A stretch of DNA of 64,000 nt. Origin: an uncultured Desulfobacter sp. GTDB taxonomy: Bacteria > Desulfobacterota > Desulfobacteria > Desulfobacterales > Desulfobacteraceae. The stretch covers positions 4,128,001-4,192,000 of the forward strand of contig OY762069.1 in NCBI GenBank assembly GCA_963665095.1, read 5' to 3'. The notes beneath the pieces were generated by a model. That model was given only the letters and a program-made list of their open reading frames with translations. It made no database searches and was not told where the DNA came from. The position numbers and the translations under genes were made by a program. Every line of letters starts with the position of its first letter. Positions within the stretch are counted from its first letter, which is position 1. This document shows positions 1-9,264 of the stretch, piece by piece.

Positions 1-870
1 CACTGCACCTATTGTATTATCCCGAATCTGCGGGGCGGCCAGCGATCCAGGCCGGTTGAGCTGATCTGCGAAGAAGCTTTAAGCCTTGCAGACATTGGCG
101 TTAAAGAAATCATTTTGACGGCTGAAAATACCACCGATTACGGACTGGACTTTGAGGCTGGCAACAACAGGCCGGGATTTCACATGGTGCTGGAAAAAAC
201 AGCCCGCGTGCTGGCTCAGAAAGATCCATCTCTGTGGCTGAGGTTTTTATATACCCACCCCAAGACCCTTGATGCCCGGGTCATTGAAACGGTCTGCAAT
301 CACCCCAATATCTGCGCCTACTATGATGTCCCCATCCAGCATGCCAATGATGAGATACTCAAACGCATGGGCAGGCCCTATACCTGCAAGGAACTGCTGA
401 AACTTTTTGCCGACATTCGCCGCATGGACCCCCGGGCCTGTCTGAGAACCACCCTGATTGTGGGATTTCCCGGGGAAACAGATCAGCATTTTCAAACCTT
501 GCTGGCGTTTATCAAGGAGGTGAAGTTTGATTATTTGGGCGTTTTTACCTATTCAGATTCCCATGACCTGCCTTCCCACCATCTGGCAGACCATGTGCCG
601 GATGAGGTGGCTGAGCTTCGCTACGATACTATAATGGCGGCTCAGGCTGAAATTTCCGAAGAACGTAATATCGAACATGTCGGCCGCATCTACCCGGTCC
701 TTGTGGAGGAAAACCCCGAAGAGGGTGTATACATCGGCAGAACCCCTTTCCAGGCCCCGGAAGTAGACGGGATGACATTTATTTATTCAGATGAGCTGGA
801 CATAGGCAGCCTGATTCAGGTAAAAATAACCGACGCATTTGAATATGATATAGCCGGGGAGAAGGTGTGA
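1..870 (+). CDS. rimO: Ribosomal protein S12 methylthiotransferase RimO (5' end outside window)
   Basis: Frame is open from base 1 (HCTYCIIPNLRG, end of the radical-SAM CxxxCxxC). Also PIQH, RTTLIVGFPGET, and a C-terminal TRAM domain with GRTPFQAPEVDG typical of RimO. Confidence 0.9.
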   Translation, partial: HCTYCIIPNLRGGQRSRPVELICEEALSLADIGVKEIILTAENTTDYGLDFEAGNNRPGFHMVLEKTARVLAQKDPSLWLRFLYTHPKTLDARVIETVCNHPNICAYYDVPIQHANDEILKRMGRPYTCKELLKLFADIRRMDPRACLRTTLIVGFPGETDQHFQTLLAFIKEVKFDYLGVFTYSDSHDLPSHHLADHVPDEVAELRYDTIMAAQAEISEERNIEHVGRIYPVLVEENPEEGVYIGRTPFQAPEVDGMTFIYSDELDIGSLIQVKITDAFEYDIAGEKV

Positions 871-1850
871 CAGCAGACATCAAGCAGGAAATCATGTCAT
901 TGGCAGGGGATGACCTTGAAAAGGTGGAACAGGCCCTTAAAGAAAATTTGACCCCCAACCTGGATCTGGTCAGGCAGGTGGCAGGTCACCTGCTGTTTGC
1001 CGGCGGAAAAAGACTGCGGCCGCTTCTTATGATCCATGCCGCCCGTATGTGCGGCTTCAGCACCGGTCAGGAGATTGAATTTTCAACCATATTTGAATAT
1101 CTCCATGCGGCCACCCTGCTCCATGATGATGTGGTGGACGGCTCTGACACCCGCCGGGGCAAGGCGTGTGCCCACACCCTCTGGGATGCGCCTAAAGTGG
1201 TGCTTACAGGAGATTTTCTTCTGGCCACAGCCCTGGTCATTGCATCAAGAACCCACAGCCCCAGGGTAATCCGGGTGATCGCAAAGATTACTGCAGACAT
1301 GTCCCAGGGGGAAATCCTTCAGATGGAAAAAAAGGGCCACCCTGATCTTTCCGAAAAAGAGTACAACGAAATCATTGAATGCAAAACAGCGGTTCTCATC
1401 CAGGGAGCCTGCCGCACCGGTGCCATTGTGGCAGGTGTTGGAAATGACCGGGAGCATGCCCTTGAAAGTTATGGCTGGCACCTGGGCATGGCCTTCCAGA
1501 TGGCGGATGATCTTCTGGATTACACGGCCACGGCCGAGGAGCTGGGCAAGAACCCCGGAGCAGACATGCGTGAGGGCAAACTGACCCTTCCCCTGATTCA
1601 CAGCCTTGAAAAGGCGGATGCTGCAGACCGGGCGTGGATATTGGCAGCCATGGCCCGGCCTGAATTTGACCCGGATGAATTTGCCTCGCTCAGGGAGCGC
1701 CTTATCTGTTTAGGTGGCCTTGACTACACCCGGAACCGGGCTCTCACTCATGTGCAGTCCGCCAAAGAAGCCTTAAACATTTTCCCGGAAGGGGATTCCC
1801 GACGTCTGCTGGAGCTGATCGCAGATTATTCTATTCTCAGAAAGGTATGA
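867..1850 (+). CDS. ispB: Polyprenyl diphosphate synthase (octaprenyl/heptaprenyl, IspB-like)
   Basis: GGKRLRP, LLHDDVVD (first Asp-rich motif), FQMADDLLD (second), GKLTLP; overlaps the rimO stop. Confidence 0.85.
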   Translation: MTADIKQEIMSLAGDDLEKVEQALKENLTPNLDLVRQVAGHLLFAGGKRLRPLLMIHAARMCGFSTGQEIEFSTIFEYLHAATLLHDDVVDGSDTRRGKACAHTLWDAPKVVLTGDFLLATALVIASRTHSPRVIRVIAKITADMSQGEILQMEKKGHPDLSEKEYNEIIECKTAVLIQGACRTGAIVAGVGNDREHALESYGWHLGMAFQMADDLLDYTATAEELGKNPGADMREGKLTLPLIHSLEKADAADRAWILAAMARPEFDPDEFASLRERLICLGGLDYTRNRALTHVQSAKEALNIFPEGDSRRLLELIADYSILRKV

Positions 1851-3181
1851 CCATGACCATAAAAAATTACGCATGTTTCATGTATTTCATTCTCACTGCT
1901 GTTGCCCTTCTGGTGCCGGCATCCGGTGTATCTGCCGCCCGGGAGGATGCAACTTGTATCACCACAGGCCAGTATAAAATTGATGGTCAGAATATTGCCG
2001 GTGCCAAGCAGGCGGCCATTAATGAGGCCCTGGAGCAGGCAGTACAAAGTACGTTTGCCACCCTTGTCTCCCCACAGGAGCTGGGAGACAATCTTGATTA
2101 CTTTTATGATCAGGTGCTGGTCAATGCCATGGATTTTGTCGCAACATACCGGGTCATCAACGGCATTGAGCACAACGGGTTGTATCTTGTGGGTGTGGAA
2201 TCAAAGATCAGCCTGAATCTCATGGAAAAACGCCTGAGGGATTCCGGTGTTTTCAACCAGGCCCAGAACAATCCTCTGGTACTCCTGCTTATTTCCGAAC
2301 AAGGCCCTGAGGATATGGAACCCCGATGCTGGTGGCAGCCTGGGGAGCAGGAGGTTCGTGTGTATGATTCAGTTGCGGAAAAACAGATAGAAACGCTGTT
2401 TACCCAGGCCCATATTCCTTTGGCTGTTTCCGGACCTGATTATCCGGATCCATCTGCATACAATGTTGTTTTTTCGTCTCTGGATGATCCGACAGCTGCC
2501 ATAGCCCTGGGTCAGGCCCTTAAAGCCGATATGATAATTCTTGGAAAGGCTTCTGCCCAGGAGTCCTTTAACCGGATGGGAGATGAAAAAACCTTTGAAG
2601 CAGGCATTGAACTCATGGCCCTGGATCCCGCGACACAAAAGAAAATAGCCCAGAGTGCGGCAAATGCCACCGCCAAAAGTATTGACGAGGCAGAAGGCGT
2701 GGCCCAGGCGCTTACCCAGGCCGCAGACGCGGCAGGCCTGACAATGAAGGCAAAGATTGCCTCTTTTTGGGCTCAGGCCATGAAGGAGAAAAAAACCTTT
2801 GACTTGTATGTGGAAGGGGAACGTTTTCTCACCCGCTTTATCGCCCTGAAACGGCAGCTTAAAGAGATCCGGGGCATTGAAGATATTTCACCCAGGGAGC
2901 TGGGTTCCACCCATGCTATCATGGAAGTTATTTATAAAGGCACTCCTGCGGAATTTGCCGATGCCGTGATGCTTAAAACCTTTGATGAATTCGGTATAGA
3001 TGTTTCCATGGCATCGGATAATGCAGTGAAAATAAGGTTTGTGACCTCTGGGGGCACCAGTGAGTCCCAAATTCTGGAGCAAGGCCTGGAACAGGACAGT
3101 CCATCGGCAAATCCAGACACGTCTGCCCTGCCTGATCAGGGCACTTCCCAGGAAATTGTCAGGGAAAACGCTGGAGAATAA
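1847..3181 (+). CDS. Exported hypothetical protein
   Basis: 444-aa ORF coupled to the upstream gene (ATGA overlap), hydrophobic signal-like N-terminus, acidic low-complexity tail. Confidence 0.6.
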   Translation: MTMTIKNYACFMYFILTAVALLVPASGVSAAREDATCITTGQYKIDGQNIAGAKQAAINEALEQAVQSTFATLVSPQELGDNLDYFYDQVLVNAMDFVATYRVINGIEHNGLYLVGVESKISLNLMEKRLRDSGVFNQAQNNPLVLLLISEQGPEDMEPRCWWQPGEQEVRVYDSVAEKQIETLFTQAHIPLAVSGPDYPDPSAYNVVFSSLDDPTAAIALGQALKADMIILGKASAQESFNRMGDEKTFEAGIELMALDPATQKKIAQSAANATAKSIDEAEGVAQALTQAADAAGLTMKAKIASFWAQAMKEKKTFDLYVEGERFLTRFIALKRQLKEIRGIEDISPRELGSTHAIMEVIYKGTPAEFADAVMLKTFDEFGIDVSMASDNAVKIRFVTSGGTSESQILEQGLEQDSPSANPDTSALPDQGTSQEIVRENAGE

Positions 3182-3190
3182 ACCTGATTC

Positions 3191-3219
3191 TTGACATAAA
3201 CAACAGGGCCTGCTAAAAG
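3191..3219 (+). promoter_or_regulatory. Putative sigma70 promoter for tRNA-Val
   Basis: TTGACA (3191-3196), 17 bp, TAAAAG preceded by TG, ending 16 bp before the tRNA. Confidence 0.6.
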
Positions 3220-3235
3220 ACTTCAGAAAGTGTAA

Positions 3236-3311
3236 TGGCGCGTAACTCAGTTGGTAGAGTGCTACCTCGACACGGTAGAAGTCAGCGGTTCAAGTCCGCT
3301 CGTGCCAACCA
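3236..3311 (+). tRNA. tRNA-Val (anticodon GAC)
   Basis: Acceptor stem TGGCGCG/CGTGCCA, D-arm CTCAGTTGGTAGAG, anticodon arm CTACC-TCGACAC-GGTAG, T-arm GGTTCAAGTCC, encoded CCA; 76 nt. Confidence 0.97.
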
Positions 3312-3319
3312 AAGAAATC

Positions 3320-3360
3320 AAGGGCTTACGGAAAACAACCGTAAGCCCTTTTTAGTTTTT
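3320..3360 (+). terminator. Intrinsic terminator after tRNA-Val
   Basis: 12-bp perfect stem AAGGGCTTACGG/CCGTAAGCCCTT, 7-nt loop, followed by T-rich tract. Confidence 0.75.
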
Positions 3361-3379
3361 GCTACCACTTTTTTTTCTG

Positions 3380-3781
3380 CTACCCAATGCCAGTGATACT
3401 CACTCCCGCACAGCGGGAAGCCTCATGATGCCCCCTCATATGAACTGGTTTCCACATTTCAGGCATTTTTATTTTGCTGGGATTACCACCCCAAAGCATG
3501 ATTTGTAGATCTCTTGGCAACAATTGTACAACTTCAGTATCATGAGGCCACCAACTGACTTTTCCCTCTGAGTATCTTTTTATACACCATTGAATTCCAT
3601 GGCCATCATAGGTTAATAAGCCTATTTGGGCTTCGTTTTCATCTCTGAAGGCATAAATATCTCCTGAGAAATAATCTAATCTGTATCTTTTACAGATGCC
3701 TCTTATTTGATCGATGGAAATATCAAAACTGATATGTTCTGGAATCGCGAAAATAATCGATTGTGGTGGTATGTATATCAT
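3380..3781 (-). mobile_element. Orphan, divergent IS66-family accessory protein TnpB (Orf2)
   Basis: FSGDIYAFR...IGLLTYDGHGIQWCIKRYSEGKVSWWP matches the IS66 Orf2 pattern (PfsG.lfvF...iLywDg.G..l..KRle.G.f.WP). No tnpA/tnpC nearby; start may extend to 3817. Confidence 0.65.
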
Positions 3782-3918
3782 GTTTTTTGTAGATTCCTTA
3801 AGCCAATGATGAATCACCAGGGAACGTACTTTCTCCGATTTTTAAGTTCTTATCCTTACTCTCTATTAAAATGCACGAAAGACACACAGTTTTTACACGA
3901 TGGATGTTGATACACATT

Positions 3919-4401
3919 TTAATCATTAGCGAAATCAGCAAGCGATTTGCCCGCAAGCCTGTACCCGATCCATTCGGTCTGTGGTTTAGCCCCTATGGAC
4001 CGATAGAATTTAATTGCAGGCTCATTCCAGTCAAGTACGTTCCACTCAAAGCGTCCACAGTTCTTTTCTACTGCCAATTTAGCCAAATACTTCAGTACCT
4101 TTTTACCTGCACCGTTTCCTCGATGAGATGGCGAGATATAAAGGTCCTCAAGAAAGAGACCATTTTTGCCCAGCCAGGTAGAATAATTGTAAAAATAAAC
4201 TGCAAAGCCTATGGGGCACCCCCTTAGACAACACACCAAAGCGTAGGCAGTAGAATCAGGTCCAAATATGGTGTTTCTAATGTCATTCTCAGTTGCAACA
4301 ACCTGTGTTTCTGCTTTTTCGTATTTTGCTAACTCGCGAACAAAATTTAATATTATCTTTGCATCATCTATTTCAGCATCACGAATTGTAATTTCTTCCA
4401 A
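3919..4401 (-). CDS. GNAT N-acetyltransferase (diamine/spermidine N-acetyltransferase-like)
   Basis: ELAKYEK, FYNYSTWLG, LFLEDLYI, RGNGAG acetyl-CoA loop, WNVLDWNEPAIKFY. Confidence 0.85.
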   Translation of the reverse strand: MEEITIRDAEIDDAKIILNFVRELAKYEKAETQVVATENDIRNTIFGPDSTAYALVCCLRGCPIGFAVYFYNYSTWLGKNGLFLEDLYISPSHRGNGAGKKVLKYLAKLAVEKNCGRFEWNVLDWNEPAIKFYRSIGAKPQTEWIGYRLAGKSLADFAND

Positions 4402-4406
4402 ATTTT

Positions 4407-5861
4407 TTACATCCGTTTATTTTTATTGGCAAATTTTAAAAAGTCCGGCAGGTCCTGAAGCATCCGTTTCCAGGAATCAGGGGATTTCCACGCCATGGTC
4501 ACATAGCCTGCAAGGACAGAAGGCCGGGTGAAATGGGATTTATAAAAATGGATAAACTGCTCATCCAGGCGTGCTTTATTCATTCCTCTTGGGATAAAAA
4601 GGAAATCCATGCAGTCCATTTTTTCCCAGGCTTCATCAAAGCTGCCCAGATTTGAACCGGGTGTTTTAATCTGTTCATAAATGGGGGAGCCGGGAAACGG
4701 GGTAAATTTGGCCAGATTAAAATCATCAATGGGCAGGGAAAAAACATATTCTTTGCTTTTGCGGATGCTGGCATCGCTTTCCCCTGGAAGCCCCATCATC
4801 AGCAACGCCTTGACACGGATGCCGGCTTTTTTAATTAAAAGAATTTTTTCCCTGAGCATATCCAGATCCGGATTCTGTCTGTGCTGTGCCAGAAGATCCG
4901 GGTCCCCTGTCTCCACCCCAAGACTGATCATCCAGCATCCGGCCGCTTTCATCAGCTTCAAAAGGTCCAAGTCCAGATGTTCGGCCCGGGCCGCACAGTT
5001 AAAGGTCATGCCGGGATTATTCTGGATCATCATCCGGCAGAAGGCGGCGATGCGTTTCCGGTTAAAGGTGAACTGGTCATCATAAAAATTGATATGCCGG
5101 ATGCCGAACTCCTGATGCATGTATTCCAGATGGGCGTGAAGGTATTGGGCGGAATTATATCTGAAGGTGCGCCGGAAAACCGACCTGTCGCAATAGGAAC
5201 AGGCATAGGGGCACCCCCGGGAAGAGATCAGGCTGGCATTGGGCACTTTGGGATAGTTGAATATGGGCAGTTTGTACGCCTTGGGATAGCCGGGCAGTTT
5301 TCTGTAGGCCGGAAAGGGCAGGGTGTCCAGTTCAATCAGCTGTTTCCGGAATCCTGAAAATTGCGCTTTGCCGGAGTCGTCTCTGTAAACAAGACCCGGG
5401 ATCTGCGGGACATTCTTTTTTTCAGAAGTGATGAGTTCATAAATGGTGTTTTCGCCCTCGCCGATAACCAGGTAATCAATCACCGGAAAACCGTCTATCA
5501 GGGCCTGCTTCAGTGCAGAAACATGGGGGCCGCCAAATACCACATGAATCTCCGGTTTAATCTCTTTGACCAGTTCGGCTGTCCTGACGCCGTCCAGAAA
5601 GCTTGAGGTGGTGCAGGAAAACCCGATAAATTGAGGTGACTGTTCCTTAACGTATGAAAGAATCAGGGACAGGGAATCCGGAAGGCAGTGGCAGTCAATG
5701 ACTTTATTTGGGATACCTTTCCGGTCCAGCACCGCTGCAATGCTGATGAGGCCCAGTGGCGGCATGATGTTTGCCTTCCGGGAGATGTCCTGGTCGGCTT
5801 TTTCCACGGCATATCCCAGGGGGTGAACCAGAAGGATGCCTCCTTTTGCAGATGCTGTCAT
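4407..5861 (-). CDS. B12-binding domain radical SAM protein
   Basis: N-terminal PPLGL...GGPH cobalamin-binding region; SRGCPYACSYC; GVETG. Confidence 0.88.
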   Translation of the reverse strand: MTASAKGGILLVHPLGYAVEKADQDISRKANIMPPLGLISIAAVLDRKGIPNKVIDCHCLPDSLSLILSYVKEQSPQFIGFSCTTSSFLDGVRTAELVKEIKPEIHVVFGGPHVSALKQALIDGFPVIDYLVIGEGENTIYELITSEKKNVPQIPGLVYRDDSGKAQFSGFRKQLIELDTLPFPAYRKLPGYPKAYKLPIFNYPKVPNASLISSRGCPYACSYCDRSVFRRTFRYNSAQYLHAHLEYMHQEFGIRHINFYDDQFTFNRKRIAAFCRMMIQNNPGMTFNCAARAEHLDLDLLKLMKAAGCWMISLGVETGDPDLLAQHRQNPDLDMLREKILLIKKAGIRVKALLMMGLPGESDASIRKSKEYVFSLPIDDFNLAKFTPFPGSPIYEQIKTPGSNLGSFDEAWEKMDCMDFLFIPRGMNKARLDEQFIHFYKSHFTRPSVLAGYVTMAWKSPDSWKRMLQDLPDFLKFANKNKRM

Positions 5862-7258
5862 GACAGGCTCCCCAGTGTTGCATTTGTTTTTTTTCTGATG
5901 CGTCTTCCTTTTATGGTTGTGCCTGGAATCATGTCCCAGAGCAGGCCTTTAAATCCAAACAGTTTAACGGTTTTCATTCGAATATATCCTTTTTCCGGAG
6001 GAAAGAAGCGATCTTTTCTACGGCGGAAAGCATCTTCAATTTTTGAATCCATCTCTTCTTTATCAATGCCGGGTGCAACATAAAAAGCCGGTTGAAGCAG
6101 GTTATCCTCCGGTGTAATTATTCCCTGCTGCACAGCAATCTGGGCCAGGCCTGTCTGGGGAAGAATACGGATTCCCGAAAAGACAAAGACCACCGTTTTC
6201 CGTAGTAACTCAATATTGGCCAGCCCCTCTTCAATGGTCTGCCGGGTCTCTTTGGGCCCGCCGAACATGAAAAAATGCGCGCAGGGGATTTCAGCTGTAA
6301 TGCACGCCTCGTTAAGGGCCAGAATGCTGCTGAAATCAAAGGTTTTTCCTATGCCTGAAAGCGTCCTGTCACAGGCCCCGTCTGAGCCCACTTCCATGGC
6401 ATAAAGCCCGGCGCGTTTCAGCAGGGCAAAATCCTTTTGTGATATCTGCTGGGGTCTGAAATAGGCGGCCCATTTGACACCAAGCTCTGCCCGGGCAAGT
6501 TTTTCCGCCACTTCAAGGTAATGACCATCCGGGTCATTGAATACGGAGTCGCTGAAAAACAGGTTGTTGACCTTGAAATCCATTTTCAGCCGCTTCAGGT
6601 TTTCCACCACGAAATCCGGATCCTGGTATCTGATTTTTTTGCCCTCAATCACCGGATAGGAGCAGTAGTTACATGTAAAAGGGCATCCCCGTTTGGTCTG
6701 GTAATTGAGCATCCCGCTCTGGTCAAAATAGTATTCTGCCAGGTTTGTCTGATACGCGGGGCGTAAAAACTGGTCGGCCGTCATTCTCGGGAGTATGGGG
6801 CCCAAGATTCTGGGGGGATCTTCGTTTTTCAGAATTTTATCAATAAGCAGATTAAAGGCGATTTCCCCTTCCCCAGCCACACAATAATCGGCATTACAAT
6901 AATCAAGAATGGTTTCCGGCATAATGGATACCGCCGGCCCCCCGATCACGATGGGAACAGGGTGGGCCTTTCGGATATCTGCGATAAGGGTCTTAACACT
7001 GGCCAGATACCAGTTGTCCGTGGCCAGGGAATCCACATTATCAATATTTCTGATGGAGACACCCACAATATCTGGTTGGAAACCCGCAAGGGCCGCATGG
7101 AGGCCCAGGTGCCCTTTTTCCATGTCATACAGAAGATCGAACTGTTCTGTATCATGACCATGGGCTTTAAGGGCCGCATCAACAAGGGCAATCCCTATGG
7201 GGTATACATGCAAAGGCTCCTGGGTGGTATTGGCTGAGATGAGAAAGACCCTGGCCAT
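5858..7258 (-). CDS. Lipid-biosynthesis-associated B12-binding/radical SAM protein
   Basis: VYPIG, SIRNIDNVD, GGPAVS, TKRGCPFTCNYC, FMFGGPKET, GIRILPQT. Confidence 0.85.
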   Translation of the reverse strand: MARVFLISANTTQEPLHVYPIGIALVDAALKAHGHDTEQFDLLYDMEKGHLGLHAALAGFQPDIVGVSIRNIDNVDSLATDNWYLASVKTLIADIRKAHPVPIVIGGPAVSIMPETILDYCNADYCVAGEGEIAFNLLIDKILKNEDPPRILGPILPRMTADQFLRPAYQTNLAEYYFDQSGMLNYQTKRGCPFTCNYCSYPVIEGKKIRYQDPDFVVENLKRLKMDFKVNNLFFSDSVFNDPDGHYLEVAEKLARAELGVKWAAYFRPQQISQKDFALLKRAGLYAMEVGSDGACDRTLSGIGKTFDFSSILALNEACITAEIPCAHFFMFGGPKETRQTIEEGLANIELLRKTVVFVFSGIRILPQTGLAQIAVQQGIITPEDNLLQPAFYVAPGIDKEEMDSKIEDAFRRRKDRFFPPEKGYIRMKTVKLFGFKGLLWDMIPGTTIKGRRIRKKTNATLGSLS

Positions 7259-8518
7259 TTATACTGCTGCCTTTTTCATAAATCTTTTCTGCCTGGGGGA
7301 ATAGCGGCGATATGTGCCGTCCATGATTTCCCGTTTAATTACTTTAAAAAAAAGTTCCCCCATTTTGGTTTGATATCCGCCATCCTCATAAAAGGTGTCC
7401 CAGGCCCAGTTGTAAAGCTCTTCAAGTTTTTCAGGACTCATCTGTTTTGGCTGAAAAACCGTTTTCCCGCAGGTATAGTCCTCCCAGGGATTGTTGAAAA
7501 TCCGACCCTGTTCTTCAAATTTTTTCCGGATGGGTGATTTGGGAAAGGGGGTTAAAATGGTAAATTCCGCCATATCCAGCTTTTCTTTTACTAGAAATTC
7601 AACCAGGTTCCGGATATAGGCCTCATCATGGTCATCTGTGCCCAGAAGAATGGTGCCTTCCACGCCAATGCCATGCTCATGGAGACGCCGAATCCGTTTC
7701 CGGATGGTTTCAGAGGAATCGATTACGGCCTGGTATACGTACCAGCATCCGGCTTCGGCTGCCAGCTTCACCACCTCTTCATCATCCAGTATGGGATGGG
7801 ATACCCATTTTTTCTTTAAAGGTTTCATGGCTGTAAACAGTTCAATGAGCCACTCCTTATCATGGGCCAGGGAGTTATCCACCACAAACAGGCGGTTGTT
7901 GGGGATGGCCTCCATCTCCTCAATCACTTTTTTTACAGGTCTGGGGCGAAATTTTCGTCCTCCTAAGAATCCATTGCAGCAGGGGAAGCAGTTAAACCGG
8001 CAGCCCCGGGAGGCATGGACCAGATCCAGCATCTGAATGCCTCTGTAGTTGTAACACTCCCTGTCCAGAATATCCCTGCGGGCCGTTCCCACAGTGCCGA
8101 TATCCGGGAAATTGTTCATGTAGTCATATACCTTCTGGAGCCGGCCATGGCGAAAATCTGACAGTACCTGCTCCATCCGTCCCTCTGCCTCACCCAGGAA
8201 AACAGAATCTGCATGTTCCATAACCTCTTCAGCATGGAGCATGGTGGCAATTCCCCCGAACAAAACCGGCAGCCCCTGTTCCCTGAAGCGGTCTGCGATT
8301 TCAAAAGCCCTGGGAAGCTGGCAGGTGAGAAGGACTGACATGCAGATCAGGTCGGCATCCGTGTCAAAGCTAAGTTCCTGTACATTTTCATCTATGAAGG
8401 TCACCTCCACATCCTCGGGCAGGGACGCCGCAAAGACAACGGCCCCATGGGGGGGCAGATGGAACTCTGTCTGTTTTTCAAGTTTGGGCCAGGCTGCAAA
8501 AACCAGTTGTATTTTCAT
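7259..8518 (-). CDS. B12-binding domain radical SAM protein
   Basis: DENV, GGIATML, GEAE, ASRGCRFNCFPC, ILTPFP. Confidence 0.85.
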   Translation of the reverse strand: MKIQLVFAAWPKLEKQTEFHLPPHGAVVFAASLPEDVEVTFIDENVQELSFDTDADLICMSVLLTCQLPRAFEIADRFREQGLPVLFGGIATMLHAEEVMEHADSVFLGEAEGRMEQVLSDFRHGRLQKVYDYMNNFPDIGTVGTARRDILDRECYNYRGIQMLDLVHASRGCRFNCFPCCNGFLGGRKFRPRPVKKVIEEMEAIPNNRLFVVDNSLAHDKEWLIELFTAMKPLKKKWVSHPILDDEEVVKLAAEAGCWYVYQAVIDSSETIRKRIRRLHEHGIGVEGTILLGTDDHDEAYIRNLVEFLVKEKLDMAEFTILTPFPKSPIRKKFEEQGRIFNNPWEDYTCGKTVFQPKQMSPEKLEELYNWAWDTFYEDGGYQTKMGELFFKVIKREIMDGTYRRYSPRQKRFMKKAAV

Positions 8519-9264
8519 ATTACGTCCTCTGGAATAAGATCCGTTAAATCATTAAGCAGTGTATTGTTTATATAAAAAGTGTCTACTGAGTCTGCTCTTC
8601 GTACTATTTTCAGAGAAGACACATCGAATTCCCCTGCCTTGGGTTCAGCAGGCCGGCAGGATCCGATCACAAGAAAAAGTGCGCCGGGCCGGCAGGGGTG
8701 CTCACCTGCACAAAGGTGCCGGCCACAGTTGCAGATACCGCATACAGCCCCTTCGCAGCCATCTGTACCAAGTGCGTCCATGGCAAAGGAGAGGGCTGTC
8801 AGCCCGGTACTGGGCTCTTTTTCAACCACATAGGCCTCCCCGGACAGGCGGTGGTAGATACCTGCCTCACCCAGAAAACAGGAGGCCAGTGTATAGGCAA
8901 ACAGGGCCGGGCTGGGCAACCGGTTTTCCTGCCGTGACACGGTTGCCTGATAGAGCAGGTCGGTCTCAAGGCATCCTGTTGCAGATTCCGCAATAAGGGG
9001 AATATACTTTGTGGGCACAGGATTCTCTTTTTGCGCCGGCACCGGAGACATCCCGGCATCGGACATGGCAAAAGCAATGGCTGAAAAACCCAGTTTTGAA
9101 AACAGATCCATTCTGCCAAAGGCTTTATACGGCACCTCCAGCACAGATTTTCCCGACAGGTGATACATCTCCTCCGGGGAGTGAAATTTTTGAACGGCAC
9201 CGGGGCTTCCCATTGAACCAGGCTGCACCCATCCCATGCCTAAAATTTGGGCCTGGTTACTCAT
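8515..9264 (-). CDS. Beta-ketoacyl synthase N-terminal-like protein (truncated, chain-length-factor-like partner)
   Basis: FGRMDLFSKLG and PSPALFAYTL resemble the KS N-terminal domain; only 249 aa and no catalytic His motifs. Confidence 0.7.
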   Translation of the reverse strand: MSNQAQILGMGWVQPGSMGSPGAVQKFHSPEEMYHLSGKSVLEVPYKAFGRMDLFSKLGFSAIAFAMSDAGMSPVPAQKENPVPTKYIPLIAESATGCLETDLLYQATVSRQENRLPSPALFAYTLASCFLGEAGIYHRLSGEAYVVEKEPSTGLTALSFAMDALGTDGCEGAVCGICNCGRHLCAGEHPCRPGALFLVIGSCRPAEPKAGEFDVSSLKIVRRADSVDTFYINNTLLNDLTDLIPEDVI

